The position numbers and the translations under genes were made by a program. This document shows positions 57,278-64,000 of a stretch of DNA of 64,000 nucleotides, in pieces. The stretch's first letter is position 1; each line of letters opens with the position of its first letter. The notes beneath the pieces are model-generated. The model was given only the letters and a program-made list of their open reading frames with translations, had not been told where the DNA came from and ran no database searches. The stretch covers positions 6,969-70,968 of the forward strand of contig JAMCPG010000023.1 in the NCBI GenBank assembly GCA_023379845.1. The letters are read 5' to 3'. The stretch is from Thermoplasmatota archaeon (GTDB lineage: Archaea > Thermoplasmatota > Thermoplasmata > Thermoplasmatales > Thermoplasmataceae).

Positions 57278-57586
57278 ACCCGGGAAATTTCCTTGACCCA
57301 CAAGCCATACATGTCATGATTTCATGATTGTGTTAATTATTCATTCCCCTTTGAGCTTTCTTCAGGGTTGACGCATTTCTCCTTCCGCCAGGTTAAGGTC
57401 TTCAACCATTAAAGGAAGCGTGGACGTTAAATTCATTACTTCACAGCTGTGTAGGCGGCCTTCAGTATATTGGACATTTTTCTTATTTCAATTGCCTTAT
57501 TGCTAAATTAAATAGTATAGTCTCAGGAAGATCTGAATGTTTCTGCTCAAATACTGTAATATAATCAGTCTTGATTAGCGAAATGC

Positions 57587-58945
57587 ATGAAGATAGAGTT
57601 TGACCAGGGAACAGTAGTCATTGACAGCTGGCCCCACTCTGTCAGGATGCCTGAATATGTTCATTATGACAGCAGGATCGACAAGTATCGAGCCATGGCC
57701 TGCTTCTATAGGGACATCATGATTCTGGTTCCAGATGCTGACGATCATGTCTTCCAGCAACCTAAGCTGATGTTCTCACATCCTCCTCCGGAGTTAAGAG
57801 GTTACCAGAAACAGGCACTGAGCATGTGGGAAAGTAACGGTATGCGGGGCGTTGTAGTACTTCCGACTGCGACCGGCAAAACGCACATAGGAATAGAGGC
57901 TATATCAAGGATATCTGAAAGCTCGCTGGTAGTGGCGCCCACGATTGAACTGGTCCAGCAATGGCGATCGAGGCTGGAATCTTCTCTCGGCGTTGAGATT
58001 GGACAGCTGGGAGGAGATATACGTGAAGTAAGAGATGTAACTGTATCCACCTATGATTCAGCATATCTAATGGGTGAAAAACTTGGCAACCGTTTTAAGT
58101 TCCTGCTTGCGGATGAGGTTCATCACATGGCATCCGAGCAGTATTCCCAGATTGCGAAGATGTACGCCTCCCCTTACCGTCTTGGTTTGAGTGCCACATA
58201 TGAACGATCAGATGGCCTTCAGGAACTCCTTGCACCATATTTCGGCAACAAGGTTTTTGAAATGGGATATGAGGAACTACGAGACTACATAGCAGGGTTC
58301 GAGATCAGGAAAGTCCAGATTGAACTGTCTGACCAGGAGGAGGAAGAGTACAACAGGTACAGGAATATATTCTTGTCCTACATCAGGAGATACAACATCT
58401 CACTGAAGGGACAGTTCGATTTCCAGAACTTTATCCGCAGGTCATGGAACCGTGAAGGGAGGGAAGCCCTCCTTGCCTGGAGAAAATCCAGGCAGATTGC
58501 ATTCAATGCCAGGGCAAAGCTGGATTTTGTGAGATACGTGCTTTCCAGGCACAGGAACGAGAAGACACTTATTTTCTCTGAGGATACAGATACCGCATAC
58601 ATGGTATCAAAGGAGTTCCTGATACCTGCCTTGACATACAAGACGCCAGGAAAGGAACGAAAGATGTATCTTGATTATTTTAAGCAGGGGAAGATCACGA
58701 AACTTTCGACAAGCAGGATACTGGACGAAGGTGTCGATGTACCCGACGCTTCCGTGGCAGTGATCATAAGCGGATCGGGGAGCAACAGGCAGTTCAAGCA
58801 GAGACTCGGGAGAATAGTGAGGCCAGGAAGCGACAAACAGGCAGTCATGTACGAACTTGTTGCTTCTGGAACCGGAGAATCTGGAACTAGCAGGAGGAGG
58901 AGCAAAGGCGTTCCAAACAGAGCTTCTTTCAGTAAGACGAAATAA
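57587..58945 (+). CDS. xpb: XPB/Rad25-type SF2 DNA repair helicase
   Basis: LRGYQKQAL; motif I LPTATGKT; motif II ADEVHH; motif III SAT; motif VI QRLGRIVR. An N-terminal domain of about 60 aa is consistent with the archaeal XPB damage-recognition domain. Confidence 0.93.
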   Translation: MKIEFDQGTVVIDSWPHSVRMPEYVHYDSRIDKYRAMACFYRDIMILVPDADDHVFQQPKLMFSHPPPELRGYQKQALSMWESNGMRGVVVLPTATGKTHIGIEAISRISESSLVVAPTIELVQQWRSRLESSLGVEIGQLGGDIREVRDVTVSTYDSAYLMGEKLGNRFKFLLADEVHHMASEQYSQIAKMYASPYRLGLSATYERSDGLQELLAPYFGNKVFEMGYEELRDYIAGFEIRKVQIELSDQEEEEYNRYRNIFLSYIRRYNISLKGQFDFQNFIRRSWNREGREALLAWRKSRQIAFNARAKLDFVRYVLSRHRNEKTLIFSEDTDTAYMVSKEFLIPALTYKTPGKERKMYLDYFKQGKITKLSTSRILDEGVDVPDASVAVIISGSGSNRQFKQRLGRIVRPGSDKQAVMYELVASGTGESGTSRRRSKGVPNRASFSKTK

Positions 58946-60224
58946 AAACCGCGGGACAGTTATCCCATCTTTTATAGGTGAGGATTTCTATGAGTATACC
59001 AGGCAGGTAAGAGAGCTTTTCAGCAGCCTGATCGGTTCACGTAGAAAGGATATTGCAGACAGGCTCAGGGAACTAGAACTGAAGGTCCAGTATAACAAGG
59101 TAATAAAAGGGCTGGGGGAGATTATGTTCAGGGAATCAAGGTTCAGCAGTACAGGCACGCTTGATCCTCCGAGCATTCGGGAGCGCATTTTCCTGCTGGC
59201 ACCTGCTGGCGTTCAGACGCATTCAGAACGTAAAAGAATAATTGAGAAGGTCGCTAACGAATTTTCTGCTACTTTGCAGGAAGTCGAGTCGTCAATGTAT
59301 TCAGACATGGAGGAAGAAGATATCCTTCTTGAAGTTTCAGATTCGAGCGACGATGAGCTTTGCAGGCAGTATAACCTTGAACAGTCCGAAACACTGCTCC
59401 TAAAAGCTTTTGAGCTGACCGTCAAGGATATAGATGACTGGGGTGGGCTTGCCAGGGAATCCAAGCACCTTGGTCTGCTTTTCAGCCCAAAAATACTGGA
59501 GGGAGAAATCGCTGAAATACACTTTGACGGCCCAATGTCAGGACTTGAAGAAACCAGGCGTTATGGTGTGAGGTTTGCCCAACTGCTGCGATACTTGATC
59601 ACACTTGAGAAGTGGTCTTTTGTCTGCTCAGTTATACTGGAAAAAGACAGAAAAAAGGAAAAATTCTCATTCAGTCTGGACTCTTCAATAAGCAGTTATT
59701 TTCCAGAAAGGACTGGAAAGAAAAACGTAGTTCCAGATCCAAGGCTCATGCATGCATCTCCAATAATAATTGAGAACGAGGCATTCTTCCCGGACTATTT
59801 TCTTGAACGCGATGGTAAAAGGATCTATTTCGATGTTACGAGAAAGATTTATCATGACTTTAATGAAAAGATAAAGCAGAAGCTCAGGAAGTCTGGAATT
59901 TCTGCTGCGTTCATATACGTACTTGGCCCCGGAGACAAACAGATAGCAGGAGAAATCTGTTTCAAGGATTCTGTGGACTGGAACGCAGTCATATCGAAAC
60001 TTAAAGAAAGCAAGCGGGTTGAAAATGTTCCAGAACCTGAGATCAAGAGAAAGAAGGTGGACAAAAATGCGTTGCGTTCGAAGGTGGACGAACTGTGGCC
60101 GGACCTGGATAGAATGTTCAAGGAAATAGAGGAAGCTGAACTTGACGTTATCGACACCTTAAGAGAATTCGGATACAGGACAAAGTGGGAAGGGCTGAAC
60201 TTAAAAATAGTGAAAAACGGGTGA
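58857..60224 (+). CDS. bax1: Bax1 (DUF790) nuclease partner of XPB
   Basis: About 450 aa, immediately after xpb. The N-terminal ELLSVRRNKNRGTVIPSFI resembles the usual Bax1 start, from memory. Only TTG codons (58857/58860) are available as starts, which gives an 86-89 nt overlap with xpb. Confidence 0.7.
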   Translation: MLLLEPENLELAGGGAKAFQTELLSVRRNKNRGTVIPSFIGEDFYEYTRQVRELFSSLIGSRRKDIADRLRELELKVQYNKVIKGLGEIMFRESRFSSTGTLDPPSIRERIFLLAPAGVQTHSERKRIIEKVANEFSATLQEVESSMYSDMEEEDILLEVSDSSDDELCRQYNLEQSETLLLKAFELTVKDIDDWGGLARESKHLGLLFSPKILEGEIAEIHFDGPMSGLEETRRYGVRFAQLLRYLITLEKWSFVCSVILEKDRKKEKFSFSLDSSISSYFPERTGKKNVVPDPRLMHASPIIIENEAFFPDYFLERDGKRIYFDVTRKIYHDFNEKIKQKLRKSGISAAFIYVLGPGDKQIAGEICFKDSVDWNAVISKLKESKRVENVPEPEIKRKKVDKNALRSKVDELWPDLDRMFKEIEEAELDVIDTLREFGYRTKWEGLNLKIVKNG

Positions 60225-60315
60225 CTTATTATTTTCCCATTTTCGAATACAATTCCCAAGAAATGGTTCTAATGCCTTTTGCCGATTCGCCGGATGCAAA
60301 AATTTAGCATCTTGT

Positions 60316-61122
60316 ATGGATTATTTAGATAAACAGGACAGGATCATGGATACAACTGACAAGAATATTATTCAGCTGCTTCTGAAAGATGGTAGAATTC
60401 CACAGAAAAGGATTGCAGACGAGCTAAAAATTTCTCCACAGGCACTGAAATACAGGTTCAGCAAATTAACGGAAGACGGAATCATCAAGAAGTTTGTTCT
60501 TCATGTTAATCCTGAATTCTACGGGGGCATGCAGGGCTTCGCTGCATTCGTCACCGATCGTGACTATGCAGACGATATTTTTTCAAGATTCAGGTGCCTT
60601 GAAGACATATCCATTTTCGGATTCCATGGCAACAACGAGGCGGAACTGGAGCGCATCCTGAAAAAGGCATACGAGAAGCTGGGTGCACCCATCATGAATT
60701 ATACCCCACCCCCATCGGGAAAATTAACAAATGTAAGCGACCTTGACAGAAAGGTTATCGAAGCACTCAAGGAAGATCCTAGAATGGCAGTGGCATCTCT
60801 GGCAAAGAAACTAAGCATATCGAGTGCTTCAGCGAAGAAACGGATCGAAAGGCTTAGAGAAAGAAGAATCGCGTCTGTGATTCTGATCCTTGATCTGAGC
60901 AAAACAGATGCAGTCATCTTCCTGCTCTTCAGCAACAGCCCTGAAAAAGTGATGCCTGCGATTCAGTCGTCTCTTATCTTCCAGATTTCAGACAACAAAG
61001 CTGGCATAGCCGTCTGCTTTTCCGAGTCTCTGGAAGTCGCCAAAAGGTTGATAGTAAACGCAAGAAAGCTGGATGAAAAATCAAGGGTTATGGTAGTCTA
61101 CGACTACGACTTCCTCAATTGA
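60316..61122 (+). CDS. protein with two tandem Lrp/AsnC-type HTH modules
   Basis: Module 1: DKNIIQLLLKDGRIPQKRIADELKISPQALKYRFSKLTEDGII. Module 2: LDRKVIEALKEDPRMAVASLAKKLSISSASAKKRIERLRERRI. Each is followed by a short RAM-like segment. Confidence 0.8.
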   Translation: MDYLDKQDRIMDTTDKNIIQLLLKDGRIPQKRIADELKISPQALKYRFSKLTEDGIIKKFVLHVNPEFYGGMQGFAAFVTDRDYADDIFSRFRCLEDISIFGFHGNNEAELERILKKAYEKLGAPIMNYTPPPSGKLTNVSDLDRKVIEALKEDPRMAVASLAKKLSISSASAKKRIERLRERRIASVILILDLSKTDAVIFLLFSNSPEKVMPAIQSSLIFQISDNKAGIAVCFSESLEVAKRLIVNARKLDEKSRVMVVYDYDFLN

Positions 61123-62284
61123 GCACATTTCTCCGCCTTTGCAGCAACGAGATCATTGCCGGGAAATATAGCGTTCTTATTACAAAAGTGTCAACAAGCA
61201 GGGAAACGGCAAAAGCAAGACCCAGTTGCTGCAGGAATGCAATTGGCACCAGTCCTAACGATCCCAATGAAGCTGCAAGAATCACACCAAGGGCAGTAAC
61301 GACATAACCGGATCCACCCATTCCTCTGTAAAGGCCCTCCGTGAATCCATGTGTCTCCTGTTCCTCCTTTATTCTTGAGATCAGGAAAACAGTGAAATCG
61401 TTTCCCAGCGACATGAGGATGATAAACAGGATCACGGGTATCAGGAATATCAGAGATTCGTGCAGTATGTACGTGATTACAACGTAGAGGAAGCCAAGCG
61501 TCCAAGAAATGCTGATGAAAACTCCGGTAAGTGCTATGAAGGGGAACTTTATCGACCTGAAGGATACACCAATTATGATTGCAATTGCCGCCACAATCAG
61601 AAGTTCAAGAATTGTATACTCCTGCTGGGAGGAATCCCTGAGGTCTATGATATCCGATGTAATGCCTCCAACGATGAATGAACTGTTATCCCTCAGGTGC
61701 TGAACTGATGCGATAGCATTCTGAGAGTAAGGGGTGTAGCTCAGATCCACAATGAAGTAAACGCTCCTGTTCTCGTTGAACAGAAAGGCCGTATTTTCCA
61801 GATCACCATTAGAAGAGGAGGGCCCCACAATTGAGGAAACACCATTCGTCCCTTTTATGTATTCCTGAGCTGACAAGATCTCATTATACGCAGTCTGATT
61901 CACTGTATTTCCATTAAATGCAGGATCAGTAAGGTTGTAGATTACAAACACGGGGTATAATGCAGATCCACCAAACTTGTCGTTTACAAGGTTAAGTGTC
62001 TTTACACTAGGTAGGTTAGCAGGCAGTTCGCCAGATATGTCATACGTAACTGGAGCTTCGAACCAGAAATAAACAGCGGGTGCTGCCGCTATCAATATTG
62101 CCGCCAGGACGGCCTTTCTCTTCTTGGAAGAAAACTGTGCTGCCCTGTAGAATACAGACTTGTGTATCTGCATCGTCGGGAGCTTCCTGAAAATGCGCCT
62201 TCCCAATATGCCCGCCAATGCGGGTAATAGAGTTATTTCAGCAAGAACAGTCAGAAGAACAGCTATGAACAGGACCGGCCCCAA
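61115..62284 (-). CDS. MMPL/RND-superfamily transporter, C-terminal half
   Basis: Begins inside a TM helix (GPVLFIAVLLTVLAEITLLPALAGILGRRIF, typical of the end of the first MMPL TM bundle). Then a periplasmic-type domain and 5 TM segments with GNDFTVFLISRIKEE. Confidence 0.8.
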   Translation of the reverse strand: MGPVLFIAVLLTVLAEITLLPALAGILGRRIFRKLPTMQIHKSVFYRAAQFSSKKRKAVLAAILIAAAPAVYFWFEAPVTYDISGELPANLPSVKTLNLVNDKFGGSALYPVFVIYNLTDPAFNGNTVNQTAYNEILSAQEYIKGTNGVSSIVGPSSSNGDLENTAFLFNENRSVYFIVDLSYTPYSQNAIASVQHLRDNSSFIVGGITSDIIDLRDSSQQEYTILELLIVAAIAIIIGVSFRSIKFPFIALTGVFISISWTLGFLYVVITYILHESLIFLIPVILFIILMSLGNDFTVFLISRIKEEQETHGFTEGLYRGMGGSGYVVTALGVILAASLGSLGLVPIAFLQQLGLAFAVSLLVDTFVIRTLYFPAMISLLQRRRNVLN

Positions 62285-63732
62285 GTGTTTAGGCCACTTA
62301 TAAAGAAGAGTGATCCGAGGCTAGTTGCGACCGTTAATCCGCTTATGGCAACGGCCTTGCCTGACTTCGAGGCAGAGCTTCTTATTGCGTCGTCCGATGT
62401 CTTTCCATTTGCAAGTTCTTCCCTGAATCTTGAAAGTATGAACAGGAGGTAGTCGGTTGAAACGCCAAGGAGTACAGCAGTGAGTGTGTATGTAACGATG
62501 TAATTGACCGGTTGGTAGGTTATCCCAATTATGAAGACGGAAACATAACCAAGTACTGTTGCAATGCTTACAAGAACTAAAGCCAGCACGGGCGATATGT
62601 AAGACCTCAGAACCAGGCCAACAATTATTGCTAAAAATACGAATGTGAAGATGAAACCAATGAAAGAGTCACCCTGGGTGCTCTGCACATCATAAGAAAT
62701 TGCCCCGTTACCAGTTACGCTGCCCTGGGTTCCAAAATATTCCGACACGTAGTTCCTAAGTTGAGGAACAATGCTTTGCGCCGGGTAAAAATTGTTAGCC
62801 CCTCTGTAAGACTGAGATACATTAAGAACCACATTGACAAGGTAGGTTGTATTATCGGGTGATACGTACTGCTTAAAGATGAAGGCGGGAGCACCACTCA
62901 GACCGTAGTTTCTGACATAAAACTCACCCGGATTTGTGGAGATTACTTCAGAATGTATGATTGTCTGCGATATCTTGTAACCTGACAATGAATAGATTAT
63001 CTTTTCCGTGACAAGGCAGTTGTACTGCGAATAGTTTTGAATGCTTCCATACTTTATGAGATAACTGGTATATTGGGAGGATGAATAGAAGTTGATTGCG
63101 GTATTACTAGTCGCATTGTATACGTTATAGTATGGTCCAAGCTGGGAATTATGTCTGAGGCTTTCATTCAAAGCGGACAGGAAGAAATTCTGCTGCGACG
63201 TATTAGAGTATCCAGCATTCAGGGCTGCTGCATATATATTAGAGGTATTGTATCCAGATAGCATCCATTCATGGTAGAAAGCTGACGGAAACTGAAAAAT
63301 AAGTATGCTTTCGTTAGAAACTGAATAATACACTTGATTTATGAGTGTTGTGTACTTGCCATAAATCTCATCAAGATATGAAGCATAGGCCGAAAAGGCA
63401 GAGTCCGTCGAACTAACGTACTTCAATGATGAGTTTGCAATCTTGTCTTGAAAGTTCAGGGTTTTATTTGCAATGCTAACATTGTCTGCACTCGGCACAC
63501 AAATTACCACTGTGAGGGATGAATTCTGAGGACTGACTTTGGAAAGTATTTCACTTGCCCTGGTCGACTCAAAGTGAGAAGATCCAGCAGCTTCATTTGA
63601 ATAGCTGACGTAGTCTGTATAGGATAATATCACGGGAGTAAGAAGTAGAATACCTACGACCCACAGCAGGATAACCACTTTTTTGTGTGTTACTGCAGCA
63701 TTAACGATTTTACCAATTAGGTCTTGTTTCAC
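62263..63732 (-). CDS. MMPL/RND-superfamily transporter, N-terminal half
   Basis: TM1, a large sequon-rich extracytoplasmic domain, then a TM bundle with GVSTDYLLFILSRFREE. Ends abruptly 19 codons after SLGSLFFISGL. GTG start. Confidence 0.8.
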   Translation of the reverse strand: MKQDLIGKIVNAAVTHKKVVILLWVVGILLLTPVILSYTDYVSYSNEAAGSSHFESTRASEILSKVSPQNSSLTVVICVPSADNVSIANKTLNFQDKIANSSLKYVSSTDSAFSAYASYLDEIYGKYTTLINQVYYSVSNESILIFQFPSAFYHEWMLSGYNTSNIYAAALNAGYSNTSQQNFFLSALNESLRHNSQLGPYYNVYNATSNTAINFYSSSQYTSYLIKYGSIQNYSQYNCLVTEKIIYSLSGYKISQTIIHSEVISTNPGEFYVRNYGLSGAPAFIFKQYVSPDNTTYLVNVVLNVSQSYRGANNFYPAQSIVPQLRNYVSEYFGTQGSVTGNGAISYDVQSTQGDSFIGFIFTFVFLAIIVGLVLRSYISPVLALVLVSIATVLGYVSVFIIGITYQPVNYIVTYTLTAVLLGVSTDYLLFILSRFREELANGKTSDDAIRSSASKSGKAVAISGLTVATSLGSLFFISGLNTWGRSCS

Positions 63733-64000
63733 AATCTGAGAATTAACGTGTAATAGTTTAACTCTGGTGAAAAAAAATTTTATTTTTTAATGGTGCCATG
63801 ACTCTTAACTCGTAAGAACATGCTTAAACCAAACATCTCCAGAGCTTGATTAACTTCACTTTTTAGGTCTCAATTCTGTCAGTCCCATTCCCTGAATGTC
63901 CTGAGCAAAATGACACCGGGAGGAATGAGACTCGGACATCTGCATGAGTTCCGGCTTTTCTGCAGAACAGATGTCTTGCGCGAACTGGCATCTTGGCGCA

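Larger units (their letters stand above)
61115..63732 (-). pseudogene. one MMPL transporter gene split by a 1-nt frameshift near 62275-62282 (pseudogene or sequencing error)
   Basis: The two ORFs overlap by 22 nt. Adding one C/G in the run CCGGCCCC (plus strand, 62275-62282) gives ...FISGLNTWGPVLFIAVLL..., a continuous MMPL protein of about 870 aa. Confidence 0.5.

Noticed and set aside
57278-57586. 309-nt non-coding gap upstream of xpb, scanned for small ORFs or structured RNA
   Set aside because: Only 13- and 24-codon ORFs on the minus strand and no recognisable RNA motif. Left unannotated.
63856-64000. Partial minus-strand ORF at the window edge; two frames are open (…RCQFAQDICSAEKPELMQMSESHSSRCHFAQDIQGMGLTELRPKK* and …HLFCRKAGTHADVRVSFLPVSFCSGHSGNGTDRIET*)
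   Set aside because: Too short, and two frames remain open, so neither frame nor function can be assigned. Probably the 3' end of a gene that starts beyond the window.
1-64000. Search by eye for CRISPR arrays, IS elements, rRNA genes and additional tRNAs
   Set aside because: No regularly spaced repeats, no transposase-like ORFs and no further T-arm (GGTTCRAATCC-like) signatures were noticed in intergenic regions. A computational scan is still advisable.

Overview
Dense archaeal chromosomal window: about 60 protein genes, one tRNA, and no rRNA, CRISPR array, transposase or integrase that I could see. Gene content points to a Thermoplasmata-like euryarchaeon. Supporting markers are RpoK, ribosomal protein L41e, an XPB-Bax1 pair, a two-subunit 2-oxoacid:ferredoxin oxidoreductase, an aaRS-derived AsnA-like protein, and an intron-bearing tRNA-Trp. 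This assignment is an inference; no searches were run. Most genes are housekeeping. They cover the TCA cycle (acnA, icd, OFOR), amino-acid metabolism (hom, glnA, argG/argH, serA plus a class V aminotransferase, gcvT, hutU, AsnA-like), purA, metG, pdxT, rpe, transporters (MFS x4, ABC-2, ZIP, K+ channel, MMPL) and regulators (Lrp/AsnC x2, an ACT protein, a winged-helix protein). I did not find a clear-cut new multi-gene system such as a defence island. The most notable items are listed here. (1) The tRNA-Trp intron is itself a box C/D guide aimed at C34 and C39 of its own tRNA. (2) An unrecognised ~310-aa protein family is present in two copies, one broken by a frameshift in an A7 run. (3) argH has its conserved N-terminus out of frame with the only available start codon. 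(4) An MMPL gene is split by a 1-nt frameshift. (5) An aldehyde-dehydrogenase-like protein without the catalytic Cys lies behind the OFOR genes. (6) A protein made of three 64-aa repeats lies upstream of metG. (7) Two overlapping, unrecognisable ORFs follow rpoK. (8) An unlisted 35-codon L41e gene is present. Many genes have a TATA-like box 25-29 nt upstream of the start codon, which suggests leaderless mRNAs; I used this to revise several starts from the ORF track. The several single-nucleotide frame disruptions may be sequencing or assembly errors and need read-level checks.
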